Shown: positions 12,474-23,364, counted from the stretch's first letter. The stretch: 64,000 nt of DNA from Prasinococcaceae sp. CCMP 1430 (GCA_013416795.1 RQSC01000974.1:42854-106853); one strand, 5' to 3'. The notes: a model not told the origin generated them from the sequence alone. Translations and numbers: made by a program.

Positions 12474-12493
12474 GGACAGACAGACAGACAGAC
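12220..12493 (+). repeat. (GACA)n tetranucleotide microsatellite, about 270 bp, with a few variant units
   Basis: Directly visible tandem gaca/gaga units. Confidence 0.97.
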
Positions 12494-13699
12494 ACGACTG
12501 CAACAACGGAAAAATTTCTCCCGCCGCGTCTCGCTCGTCTTCCTCATCCACCCTGCCTCTGCCTGTCCCTGCCTGGCTGGCAACAACAGGTTTGGCCGGC
12601 CGGGCGGACGGGCGGGCCGGCCGGCCGGGGAATGTTTTTTTGTTGTTGTCTGAGTCAGACGCAACAATCGCGGCGATTGTTGCCTTTGATTGACACTGAT
12701 GCATGAGGCACCCACCGACCGCTCGCGGCGATGGTAGAACGGACAACGACCGGACCGACCGGCCAACATCCGACCGACCGTGGCAGGCTGGGGATGATTC
12801 GCGGCCCCGAATCGAGTCGGTGTCTCGCGCGCCGGCCGGGGGCGCGCGCCGACGAAGGGGGAGGAAGATCCGAAATGGGGGGGGTAAGGGGCGGTGCGAG
12901 CGAACGGGATCGCGCGCGGCACCGAAAACCCGGAAGAATTCGGGTACGGGTCGAGTCGGGTTCATTGGATCGCGCGAATCCTGGGAACCCTAACCTCAAA
13001 GCCCCTCCCCTGCGCTGGAAATGACGATGAAGCCCCTTCGACCGAGGGCTGTTGAGGCCCCTGCGGCGGCGCGTTCGGCGCGCCGCGCGTCCGCGCGCGC
13101 GAAATTCGTGCCGCGGTTTCGCGCGCCGAGTGCGAAAGCGTGTGCGAACGCGCCCCGTCATCGGCCTCTTTTCGCGAGCGAAAGCGCGCGCCCGCGCGAA
13201 CGCGCGGGGCGAAAGCGCCCCGGGAGCGGCCGGGGAACGCGCGCGGGCGAGCGGCCGCGCGCGCGCCGAAAAGGCCATACTTCGTGCGCACGTTCATCTG
13301 CATCTCCACCGAGCTCCCTCCCCGCCTGCGCCCGCGCCGTTCATGCTGCGGCGTCGCGCGCCCGCCGAAAGCGGCGGTCAAACGCGCGCGCGCGCGCCTT
13401 TCGCCGGCCGCGCCCGCGGTTCGCGAAGCGGCGTTTTTTTTTGCGGTCGTCCTCCGCGGCGGTTCGCGCCCTCGAAATTCGCCCCGACGACGCACTTTTC
13501 GACATTCAACGGATACTTTCCGTCCCGCGCACGAAGTCAAAAAACGCGGAGGCGCGGGGCGAGAGCGCAGCCCAACGGCGGTTTTCCGCGTTTCCCGACG
13601 CTCGTCGGCGCGGCTTTTTTTTTTCCCGCCGCGCCCGCGCGCACGCGCGGCGTTCGCGCGCGTTCTGACGAGCGAAACGGAATATCGCAACCAAAAGGC

Positions 13700-13855
13700 G
13701 CGCGTGCGTCCGCGCGCGCGTGTGCGTGTGCGTGTGTGTGCGTGTGTGCGTGTGTGCTGTGTGTGTGTGCACATTCAGTAGTGTGTGTGTGTGCGTTGTG
13801 CACGCGCGTGTGTGTGTGTGTGTATAAGAAGCTTCTTATGCGCGTGTGTGTGTGG
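13700..13855 (+). repeat. (GT)n/(GTGC)n-rich simple repeat
   Basis: Interrupted gtgtgt/gcgtgt runs upstream of the surface-protein gene. Confidence 0.85.
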
Positions 13856-14010
13856 TACTGTGACAACAACAACAGCTCCCTTTCGCGCGCGCGCGCGCGC
13901 GCTCGGGGAACGCGCGCGTGCGTTTTGACCTCTGCCGTTCCCCCGCTGCTCCCGTTCCGCTTTGGGCGCGGCGGCCGCCGCGGCCGGCGGGGCGCGCTCG
14001 AAGAAGGACC

Positions 14011-14148
14011 NNNNNNNNNNNNNNNNNNNNNNNNNNNNNNNNNNNNNNNNNNNNNNNNNNNNNNNNNNNNNNNNNNNNNNNNNNNNNNNNNNNNNNNNNN
14101 NNNNNNNNNNNNNNNNNNNNNNNNNNNNNNNNNNNNNNNNNNNNNNNN
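14011..14148. other. Assembly gap (N run); other gaps at 25758-25945, 44763-45134, 49853-50008, 63410-63643; single N at 26907 and 44071
   Basis: N characters in the sequence. Confidence 1.
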
Positions 14149-15615
14149 GGCGTCGCCGCGGCGGGCCTCGCCGCGGCCGCGCCCGCAGCCGCGCACACCG
14201 CTACGAGCGATCATGTGCACGGACCGGTTGACTTTACTTCGAGCAGCTGCGGCTACGGCTACGGCTACGGCTACGGCTACGGTTACGGCTACGGCTACGG
14301 CGCGGCCCACAACGCGTACGGCTACGGCTACAGCTACCAGGATGACTTCCTCTTCGGCCACTTCCCCTGCATCCCGCCGTCCGCGCCTCCGCCTGCGGCT
14401 GCGAATGCGCCTCCGCCTGCGCCCCCGACTGCGTCCCCGCCTCCGGCCCCGACTGCGTCCCCTCCGGTGCCTGTCGCTGTCACCACCCCGCCGGCGGCTC
14501 TCTCCCCGCCCCCCGAGGAAACGACGCCGCCCCCGATGGCCGGTACGCCGCCGCCCGCGCCTGCCCCCATGCCCGCTCCCGTCCCGTACAGCGACCTGGA
14601 GGACGATGACGGCTACGGTGACAAGCCGAAGGACGGCTACGGCGGCGGCTACGGTGAGAAGCCTGTGCAGCCGAGCGACGACGACGATGATGATGACGAA
14701 GACGTGTGCTTGTGCGGTTTCGGTGGCGAAGACGCCGACAAAAAGTACGGCCTGTTCAAAAAGACAGGCGAACCTTGCGAGTGCGAAGAGGAAGAGGTCG
14801 ATACTCCCGTGGTGCTCAAGGTGGTGTCGGCGACTACGACGCTCACTGTCTCCAGCTTCGGCGACGTCGACATCACAGCGCTCAAGGCCGACCTGCTTGC
14901 GTCCATCTCTGAGTCGGCTGGCGGCGCCAGAATGACGGCGGTGGTCGTGCTGACGGTGACCTCCGCGTACTCGTTCCCTGACGGCCTCGAGTGCGCCGTG
15001 ATCAAGGCTTCCTACGCTACCGCCACGGGCCTCGCCTTGGACGACATCTCGGTCGATTGCGAGGCGAGGAGGAGGAGCCGCCACCTGCTTGCACAGGAGA
15101 TCACGTTTGTGGCGACTTTCTCGGAGGACGCGGGCGCTGATGCCGACGCGCTCGCGGCCTTGGACCCCATCGCCGGCATGGCCGCTGAGCTTGGCATCGA
15201 CGTGGCCGAAATTGCGCAGACCATGGCGCCTGTCTCCGCGATGCAGATCACGTGGACGGCGGAGATCACCGACGCCACCGCTGCCGGTAATGCGGATCTT
15301 GCGGGCACTATTGACGCCGCGGTTGGCGAAGTCGCGACGGACGCGGGTGTCGTGGCGACCACCAGCGAAATTACCGACGTCACACCGACGGACCCCGTAG
15401 ACACGCCCGCCGAGGAAGCGGAGGAGGAGGATGGCGGGTCGGACCTGCCCATTGCACCGACGGACCCCGTAGACACGCCCACCGAGGAAGGGGAAGAGGA
15501 GGCGGAGGAGGATGGCGGGTCGGACCTGCCCATTGCAGCTATCGCAGGTGGTGCCGCCGGTGGTGTCGTCGTTCTCGCAGTGGGCGCCTTCATCGGCTAC
15601 AAGTACAAGAAGTGA
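14149..15615 (+). CDS. Type I membrane cell-surface glycoprotein: (GY)8 repeat, Pro-rich (HRGP-like) stalk, acidic/Cys region, RHLL motif, C-terminal TM; start codon probably in the gap
   Basis: Open frame after the gap: GVAAAGLAAAAPAAA (end of a signal peptide), GYx8, PPSAPPP..., ARRRSRHLLAQ, IAAIAGGAAGGVVVLAVGAFIGYKYKK*. Strong GC3 codon bias. Confidence 0.8.
   Translation, partial: GVAAAGLAAAAPAAAHTATSDHVHGPVDFTSSSCGYGYGYGYGYGYGYGYGAAHNAYGYGYSYQDDFLFGHFPCIPPSAPPPAAANAPPPAPPTASPPPAPTASPPVPVAVTTPPAALSPPPEETTPPPMAGTPPPAPAPMPAPVPYSDLEDDDGYGDKPKDGYGGGYGEKPVQPSDDDDDDDEDVCLCGFGGEDADKKYGLFKKTGEPCECEEEEVDTPVVLKVVSATTTLTVSSFGDVDITALKADLLASISESAGGARMTAVVVLTVTSAYSFPDGLECAVIKASYATATGLALDDISVDCEARRRSRHLLAQEITFVATFSEDAGADADALAALDPIAGMAAELGIDVAEIAQTMAPVSAMQITWTAEITDATAAGNADLAGTIDAAVGEVATDAGVVATTSEITDVTPTDPVDTPAEEAEEEDGGSDLPIAPTDPVDTPTEEGEEEAEEDGGSDLPIAAIAGGAAGGVVVLAVGAFIGYKYKK
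15385..15537 (+). repeat. Intragenic tandem duplication (72 + 81 bp; PTDPVDTP-E-rich-DGGSDLPIA)
   Basis: Two near-identical units ccgacggaccccgtagacacgccc...ggatggcgggtcggacctgcccattgca. Confidence 0.9.
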
Positions 15616-16049
15616 GCGAGCGGCTGCGGAATGGTGCATGAGCGAATGACCGCGGTGTGGGCAGCAGCCAGACATGAAATGGTAGCGCAGGCGGAGAACC
15701 TCCGAGCGCGCGCATCCTGCACGCACACACACTTGCGTGGCAGTGCATGTGCACCGTGCTTCGCCGCCACAGATCACGCACGTCGTTCCTGCACCTAGTA
15801 AAGCCAAACATATGTTACATGTGCCACTCCGCAAAGCTCTCAGCAGCACGCTCATGCATGAGCTCGCCGGCATTTCAGAGGGCGGAGCAGATAGAGGCGC
15901 TCGCACGCGACACGAGGCAGCGGTTGGCGAGCAGGTGCACTGCGTTGCCTGCCTTACAGGTGTGCAACGGCGAGTGCCTTGGCGTGTGGTGCGCGAAGGA
16001 ATGGGGTGCACGCGCCGGCATGGGCTCGACGTAGCGGATGTCGATTAAA

Positions 16050-18023
16050 TCAAAGCAGTGACGGTGGTTGTGGCGAGGCCGTCGGCTGGTGAGCTGGCGC
16101 CGCCCCCAGCGTCGGTGACACCGAATCGAGCGCCCCCGCGTCAATGAGCGGAGTCAACGCAGGCACGGACGATGGCGCGATCTCCTTCGCGGCACCGCCG
16201 CCGTCGATTCCGTCGAGTGGACGTGCAGCGTGTTGGGTCACAGGTGTATTCTCCACTGCCTCCGTCAGCGATGCTGCCGGCGCATCCACTTCTATGGGCA
16301 GGGCAGGCGTCGCGGAGGAGGAGACATCGAGTGGCACCCTGTCATCGAACAGTGACATCTCGGCGGTCACAGCAGCCACAGGAGCGCCACCCTTCAGCGC
16401 CACTGCAGGAGACGCTCCCTCGACCGCCGTTGCGGCCATAGGAGCTACCGCTCGCGGAGCTGCTGCCAGGAACGGGTTCGGTACGTCTGGCGCGGGTGCT
16501 GCGGCTGCACCTTGCGAGGTCGCAGGCACGCGCGCGTCTTGCTGCGGCCCTGAATGTCCCGTTGGCGTACCGCTCGCCGCACCGGCCATGACACACGTGA
16601 CACCTCTGGCGAGGGACTCATATCGCAGCACGAGCTCCTTGTACTCGGCTAGCAGCGTGCTCACCTCCCCAATTTTCAGCTTGTGCGGTGGTGTGAACAG
16701 GAATTTGTGACGCGCCAGCTCCCCTACCGATGCCGCTTGAACCACCTCCTCGCGCCCAATCATCTCGAGTTCCTCCACGGTGAGCTGTGGTACGCTCGGC
16801 GGGGCTACCTCATGATCGTGGAGGGGTTCCCGCTGCTGCTGCTGCTGCAGCTCCTCCTCCTCCTCCTCCCCTTCCTTTCCCTGCTGCTGCTGTTGATGCT
16901 GCTGGTGCTTCTGCGATGGTGGCATATGGAGTAAGTGATCCTGCGAAGCAAGCTGCATCTGCGAGTGGGGCTGTTGCCGCGGAAGCGGCGTCGCTGCACC
17001 TGCAGCCGCAGCTGTTGCCAGCGGGCTCAGCATCGCTGTCATTGGCGAAGAGCCCTCAGTTGCTGCAATTGTGCCTGCCCTGCCCTCTGCAGTCGCCCCG
17101 TGGCTGGGAAGCTCCACGATGGGGGACAAATCGCCGTCGAGGACCGTCCCCTGGGACGCCGCTGCCGCTCTCATCTCCTTCTCAAATTCCTCCGCGCTGA
17201 TGGACAGGCTGTCTGAATTTGCTCTGTCGATGAAGGCATGCGCTGACATCAGATTGGTGAAGAAGTACGCCGCCTCCGACACCAGCCTACTCTCCTTTCG
17301 AAAGCGCTCGATGTACTTCAGGTTGGCGTAGAGCTGGGGCACGCCGGCCTTCAGCACCACGAAAATCAGCACAGGGAGGAAGTCATCCGCGCCGGGCGGC
17401 TCCCCCTCGCTCTCGGCAGCGCTCACGTTGAGAAGGTTTGTGACCACCTTGCAGCAATTCAGCATGCAAACGAGCTTGTCTCTTGGCGCCTTGAACGTGT
17501 TTATTTTCTGAAGCTCGGCTCGCGCCAGAGTCCAGCTCCGCTCGTTCCTGTACCGCGCCGGCACATCCAGGTGCTCCGGTCTCACGAACGCAGCCAGCAA
17601 AGAGCGCCGCGCGTCCGAGCGCGCGTCGGCGAGGCGCTCCTCGGGGCAGAGCGCGAAGGCGCGCGCGTGCAGCTTGGTCATGAGGTACTTCTCAAGACCC
17701 TCGCCGGCGCCATCAAGCGCGGCGTCTGATGCGCCGGCCCACAGCGGGTGCGACCGGAACGCGGCCTCAGTCGACTCGAGAAAGGACTGCACCTTGACGG
17801 CATCCATGTGCGCGTCACTTGCATCTGCCGGTGCTGTGTCGCCGCTTGGAAATGCCGCGATGAATGCCTTGATGCTGCGAACAAGCTCCGAGGCGCTAGG
17901 CTGGCGCATCTTCTCCAGAAAATCGGAGAAAGTGATAGGCGCCGTCGAAGACGCGAGTTGGTCGACGCCCCCACCAGCGGTGGCGGCAGCGCCCGCCCCG
18001 CCATCGGTTGGTGCCGATGCCAT
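16050..18023 (-). CDS. VPS9A: VPS9-domain Rab5 guanine nucleotide exchange factor (VPS9a-like), single exon
   Basis: ELQKINTFKAPRDKLVCMLNCCKVV, PPGADDFLPVLIFVV, SEAAYFFTNL; poly-Q/E low-complexity C-terminal half. Confidence 0.93.
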   Translation of the reverse strand: MASAPTDGGAGAAATAGGGVDQLASSTAPITFSDFLEKMRQPSASELVRSIKAFIAAFPSGDTAPADASDAHMDAVKVQSFLESTEAAFRSHPLWAGASDAALDGAGEGLEKYLMTKLHARAFALCPEERLADARSDARRSLLAAFVRPEHLDVPARYRNERSWTLARAELQKINTFKAPRDKLVCMLNCCKVVTNLLNVSAAESEGEPPGADDFLPVLIFVVLKAGVPQLYANLKYIERFRKESRLVSEAAYFFTNLMSAHAFIDRANSDSLSISAEEFEKEMRAAAASQGTVLDGDLSPIVELPSHGATAEGRAGTIAATEGSSPMTAMLSPLATAAAAGAATPLPRQQPHSQMQLASQDHLLHMPPSQKHQQHQQQQQGKEGEEEEEELQQQQQREPLHDHEVAPPSVPQLTVEELEMIGREEVVQAASVGELARHKFLFTPPHKLKIGEVSTLLAEYKELVLRYESLARGVTCVMAGAASGTPTGHSGPQQDARVPATSQGAAAAPAPDVPNPFLAAAPRAVAPMAATAVEGASPAVALKGGAPVAAVTAEMSLFDDRVPLDVSSSATPALPIEVDAPAASLTEAVENTPVTQHAARPLDGIDGGGAAKEIAPSSVPALTPLIDAGALDSVSPTLGAAPAHQPTASPQPPSLL

Positions 18024-18787
18024 CCTATCGATTTGCGCTTACAGGCCCCACGCTGCTGCACCAACTACGCGGGCGGCGCCCGCCGGCAGGGGCAACGCGC
18101 AGGGGCGCCGCAGGCGGGGGGCGCGAGAGGGAGCGGCGGGGGAGAGAAAGTCCGCGCGCGGCTGCAGGCGGGAGCCGGCGCGCACCGCGGGGGGCGGCGG
18201 GCAGGTAGGCCGCGCTGGAGGAGACTGTCGAGTGGTCGCCCGCGGGTCTCCCCGCCCTGCGCTGCGCGAGCGCCACTCGGCGCACGCCGGGCGTCCGGGG
18301 GGCAGACGGGGGCGCGCCGTGTGGCACCGCCCCCGGCGGGCCCCTGGCGCGGCGCGCGAGCTTCCAACGCGGTGCAGCTCATTTGACGTAGTAAAAAAAA
18401 AACGGGTTCGCCCTCCGTCGAACCCGAACCCCCCTCGAGCACGTTCGATGGAAAGAGCAGCAACTGCCGCATTTTCGCGGATGCGGCACGGGCGAAAGAC
18501 GCCTCCGGAAAGTTGGCGGTGGTGCGGCTGCTCTCCTCTTCCTGCTCCTGCGGCGCACCCGTGCGCGCGCGCGCGGGCAAGGGGGGCGAGGAGGGGGCAG
18601 GCGCGCGCGCATCATCTGTGGGCGGGTGGGTGGACGGGGCCGGGGCGCGCGCGCGGGCGCGCTCGGTGTGCGCGTGCGCGGGGGCCTCTGCGGTGGTGTA
18701 CGGCTGTTACAGATTTGGCTGTGTGGGGATGTGCTGTGGGTTGGGCGCGCCTGTGGCCTTGGGCGCAAGAGGGGCACGCCTGCGCTC

Positions 18788-20323
18788 CTAGACGACGCGC
18801 TTGCGCGCCAGCTCGGCGCGGTACTTGACGGGCACGCCCTGCGCTTCGAGCTCCTTCAGCTTGCGTTCCTTGATGCCCTCGAGCACCTCGATCTCCTCGG
18901 CGTACTTCTCGCGCAGCAGCTCGCCCTCCCTGAGGAAGTCCTGGCGCTCCTTGAGCTTCTTCTCCTCGTTTGCCTTGATCTGCATGAGCACCTCGTCGCG
19001 CTGCTGGCGCCGCAGCGAGGCCGCAGTCTCAGCAGCGGACTTCTCTGCAGCCTCCTCAGCGCGCTGTGACGAGATGATGCGATAGTAGTCCGCGCGCTCC
19101 TGCTCGGCGATCTCCGCAAGCTGAGCCATCTTCATGGCGCGCTGGTCCTCGCGCGCGCGCGCGAGGTCTGCATTCATGTTCGCTACCCGCTCCGCCGACT
19201 CCCGCTCGCGCCTGCGCCAGTCGCGCTCGTACGCCTCGTGTGCCCTCTGCGCGCGCAGCTCATCCAGCTCCGCCTGCTTGTCGCTCATCTTCTCCTGTTT
19301 GGAGCGCATGCGTGCCAGCTCGAGCTCCTTCTCCTTAGCGATGTGGGCCTGCCTCTCCGCCTCCTCAGCCTCCTTGGCCTCCTTCATCTTGATGTACAGG
19401 GCAATGCGCTCGTCCTCCTCCTTCTCCTCCTCCAGGATGGCCTTCTTGCGTTCGATCTGCGCAAAGTTCGACTTCTGCACCTCGGCGAGCAGGCGCCGCC
19501 CCTGCTCACGCTTCTCCTCCATCTGGCGCTCCTCCTCCACGCGCATCCGCTCGATCTCTGCGAGGACGGCCTTGCGCTCCAACTCGCGTTTGTCCTCCTC
19601 CAATTGCCGTGCGCGCTCGCGCTCCTCGATCTGCCGCTGTAGCATCGCGGCGCCCTTCTTCCGGTCCTCGACGCGCTTGGCCTCCCGCTGTTCGTAAATC
19701 TCGAGCGTCTTGAGGCGCTCGATCTCCATCATGAGGTCCAACCGTCTGGTCTCGTCGGCCTCGTCTCCGCGTATGCACTGCTTCTCCTCGATCTGGTTGT
19801 CGCGGATGGTCACGCACTTGGCGTAGAGCATCATCTGGTTCATCTTTTTCACCTGATCGAGGTTCTCGTTGAGCATCCACTGGGCGCGGTCGCGGGTCTC
19901 AGCGTCAGTGGTTTGCTTGAGGAGCTCGGTCTCAGTGAGCCTCTTGGCGGCCTTCCCCTCCTCCTCCTTGAGGAGCATCATCTTCTTGCGCTCCATCGCC
20001 TGCTTGTTGAGCGCCTCGCGCTCGGCGAGAGCCGCTCTCCTGTCCCTTGCATCATCCTCGGCAGTGCGAATCTTGGAGCGCGCACGGATGGCGTCGAGCG
20101 TCGACGAGGTCAGCGTCGCAGAGTTTGCCGTCACCAACGGCGCCTTGAGGCGCGCCACTTTGCTGCCTTTCTTGGCCGTGACGGCCGCCTCGCCGCCTGC
20201 ACCGTTCGCGCCAGGGCGACGGGTCGACCCAAAGAGCGTCTCGTCGACCTCGGAGGTGTCGGCCACCTTCCTGTACACTTTGCGAGAGCCACGCGTGCTC
20301 GTGCTTGAGGCAACGGAGCCCGG
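18788..20323 (-). CDS. CFAP45: Cilia- and flagella-associated protein 45 (FAP45/CCDC19); first exon unresolved upstream
   Basis: VDETLFG, VKKMNQMMLYAKCVTIRDNQIEEK, RRLDLMMEIER and GVPVKYRAEL closely match Chlamydomonas FAP45 as I recall it. Candidate acceptor cgcag| at 20324. Confidence 0.9.
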   Translation of the reverse strand, partial: PGSVASSTSTRGSRKVYRKVADTSEVDETLFGSTRRPGANGAGGEAAVTAKKGSKVARLKAPLVTANSATLTSSTLDAIRARSKIRTAEDDARDRRAALAEREALNKQAMERKKMMLLKEEEGKAAKRLTETELLKQTTDAETRDRAQWMLNENLDQVKKMNQMMLYAKCVTIRDNQIEEKQCIRGDEADETRRLDLMMEIERLKTLEIYEQREAKRVEDRKKGAAMLQRQIEERERARQLEEDKRELERKAVLAEIERMRVEEERQMEEKREQGRRLLAEVQKSNFAQIERKKAILEEEKEEDERIALYIKMKEAKEAEEAERQAHIAKEKELELARMRSKQEKMSDKQAELDELRAQRAHEAYERDWRRRERESAERVANMNADLARAREDQRAMKMAQLAEIAEQERADYYRIISSQRAEEAAEKSAAETAASLRRQQRDEVLMQIKANEEKKLKERQDFLREGELLREKYAEEIEVLEGIKERKLKELEAQGVPVKYRAELARKRVV

Positions 20324-21646
20324 CTGCGCGCGAGAGCGGAGGCGCAGATGGCGAGCGCGACGCGTGCACGAGGCGTACGGCGAGTCAGCGTGGGGAGCCC
20401 ACCTAGTGCTCGGAGGAGCACGGGCACCGAGCGTTATCCAGTGCCGCAAAGAAGCGCGCGGGGAGCTCCGCGAGCATGCGTGCTGCCGGACGCCAAGCAC
20501 GCGGCCGCATCCGCGGCAGCCGGCTGGTGCAGCAGCGCACACGCGCCGCGAAGCCGCCAAACAGCCACGCGCTGGGCGCACGCACGGACGCGTGGCAGGC
20601 CTAGGCAATTCGCCGCGCCGTGTGGCGCGGCACTCGATGCTCGCAGCGCTGCCGCTGCGCGCTGCGCGCAGCCCATCGAATGCCCTCGAGCGCACGCGCG
20701 AAAACGCCGTGGGGGGGGGAGCAAGGGCGGACAGAACCGGCGCCAGGCAGGCATCCGCCACCCGCCCGCCCCCGCCCCGACACCCTGCGGCGTCACCCCG
20801 CGGGATTATGAGCGCGCTCGACCCCGCCGCCGGCGCCGAGCGCGCGCGCGCGCGCGCAGCCCTGCCCCGCTCGCACGCCGCGCGTGCCCCCGCACACCGC
20901 GCGCGCGGTGTGGCGCGCGCCGCGCCGGTTCGGGGAACTCGCCGCCCCGGCGCGAATTTCGGGTGCGGACCTTCCGAAAAGTGTAATCATTTTCATTTAC
21001 AAAAGTGCATAACGCCCGATTTGCGTGAGTGTTAATCGTGAACTCCGTCTGAGCTAGTAGTTGGATCTGCAGGCAGTCAACAGGGGCGCCCCGTCGAGGG
21101 CGGGCCGCCGGCCGACCCTGATCTGCGTGAAGAAATACCGGGTCTTCTTCGCCGCAGACCCGATTCAAGAGGTGCAAACGCGCGCACAGACCGGGACCTT
21201 CGCCCGGGCTGGACGCGGGCCAGTGCAGGAGGTGGTGCGCAGTGCCGCGCGTTTATGGAAAAAGCGAGGCAAAAAAACGGCGGCGAGGAAAAAAATCAAT
21301 GCGCGTACGCAATGTGGCGTCGCAAAAAAAAAAGAAAAGACGGAGAAAGTCGCAGGTCGCGTAAAAACACGCGGACGCGTGTCGGCGCGCTCAACGGCTT
21401 CGAAGAGGCGGAGGGCGCGGCGCTCGTGGGCTGGGCGATCCTGAGAGGCCCGGCGCCACCGGCCCTCGCCGCGCGCGCCCAGGCCTCGCGCACGACGCGG
21501 GCGAGCGCCTCCATCCCCCCCTTTTTTTTTTCAACGGCGCGGCAGCGAGATTTGGGGTTCGCACCCGCGGGGGGGAGCAGGGGGCCGCGCCACACAGCGC
21601 GCGCGCCGCGGACAGCCCCCCGGCGCGCGGGGCGGGCACGCCCGCG

Positions 21647-22890
21647 ATGGCGACCGCCGTGCTGCGCACGCTCGGGGGAATTTTCAAGGAGTCCGGGCAG
21701 GCCCTCGAGCGCCTCGGCAGCGCGATGCAGGGCAAGTACGCCTTCCAGGAGCAGCGTACGTGCGCGAGCGCCGCCATCGGGTGCAAGCGGGCGCGCCTGC
21801 GCCGCTCCATGGCCACGGACGCCGGGGTGGAAAAGGAAGGAGGGGGGGGGGAGTGCTGCGCGTGGGGCTGGGGTGAAGGTTGCGCTGGTGGGGATAGCGG
21901 GCTGCGGCGACCGCTGCTGCCGCGCGACAAGCACGTGCGCCCCGCCGCCGCCGCTCGCCGCGGGCCACGCGCGAAGGAAGTTTTCGCTTACCCTAAAAAC
22001 TCATGCGAGTCTGCACGCGCTTGGGCCGGAGGTGGATGGGACAGCGCGCGCGCGCGCGCGTTGCTGCCGGGATCGCCTGGAGCGGTGACCTGCGTACTCG
22101 CGAATAGGGCTTTGGAGCTGACAGGCGCCGCACACGCGTTCGCGTGCACCGCGTGGTGCCCCGCGTGCTTCCCGCGCGCGCGCTTGCGACACCGTCGCCC
22201 ATGCGCGTGCACGACTTAGTTTCTCGCCATCGCACGCTGATGAGCCTCGGCGACAAGATCCCCGCGGTCCACCCGTCTTCGTTTGTGGCGCCCTCTGCGG
22301 CGGTGGTGGGCGATGTGAAGGTGGGCGAGGGGTCCTCCATTTGGTACGGCGCGGTCCTTCGCGCAGACGTGAACTCCATCACCATCGGGAAGAACAGCAA
22401 CATTCAGGACGGCACCATCATCCACGTGGCGAAGAACAACGCCAAGGCGTCCCTGCTGCCGGCCATCATCGGAAATAACGTCACAGTCGGGCACAAGGCG
22501 GTGCTGCACGCGTGCACCATCGAGGACAGCGCGCTGGTCGGGATGGGCGCGACGGTGCTTGACGGTGCCGTCGTGCGGTCGGGCTCGATGGTTGCAGCTG
22601 GGGCGCTGGTGACCTCGGGCACTGAGGTGAAGTCCGGGCAGCTGTGGGGAGGCGCGCCAGCGAAGATGATGAGGGAACTTACCGCGAAGGAGAAGGCGTT
22701 CCTCGACACCAGCGCTGAGGCGTACACTGCGCTGGCCGCTGGGCACAAGGTGGAGGCCGACAAGAGCTTCGAGACGCTGCTGGAGGAGGCCGACGAGCGG
22801 GAATATCTCACCACCCGCGACGAGCAGTACGATATCAGCCTGGGCGTCGTGAACACCAGCTCGAAGAAGGAGCACCCTGACCTGGTGTAG
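21647..22890 (+). CDS. gammaCA: Mitochondrial complex I gamma carbonic anhydrase subunit
   Basis: Exons 21647-21755 and 22220-22890 give YAFQEQ-L-SRHRTLM. Hexapeptide repeats; three His in IIHVAK and VGHKAVLHAC. Confidence 0.95.
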
Positions 22891-23364
22891 GCGACCTAAT
22901 GATGCGTGCTCAGCGGGCGCCGCGCTAGGTCGGGTGAGGAAGAGCGCTGCGCAGAAGCGCACGCTGCGACCCACGCCTGGCACTGCACATTTCGCGTGCC
23001 GGCGGCAGCAGCGCGCGTTGCTGGCGCGCGCCCGCGCCGCAGCGGCGCAGCCTCCCAACCCGTCCGTAAGAGCATCGCTCCCTTTTTGTGTACACGCGCG
23101 ACTGGAGAGCGCACGCTCGCGCGGGCCGCCGCACAGCTGGCGAGGCCGCTGCTCCCGCAGCGGGCGCGACGAAAAAAAAGGCTGGAAAAAAAAGTACAAT
23201 CCACGTGCAGTACGTACCTGGCAATATGCCCATCAGTGGTCTGGCGAGGGCGAGCGCGAAAAAAAAGGGGCGCGCAGCCCTCGCGCCACACAGCGCGCGC
23301 GCCCTGCGCGCTGCACGCAGGGCGCGGCACGGCGCGCGCGACCGGAAGGCGGCGCGCGTGGGCG

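Noticed and set aside
11645-12965. ORFs with QTDR / SVCL repeats
   Set aside because: Translations of the (GACA)n microsatellite.
20806-21444. Short ORFs between CFAP45 and gamma-CA (21061-21444 +, 20806-21177 -)
   Set aside because: No recognisable motif, non-ATG starts, run into poly-A promoter sequence; treated as a bidirectional promoter.
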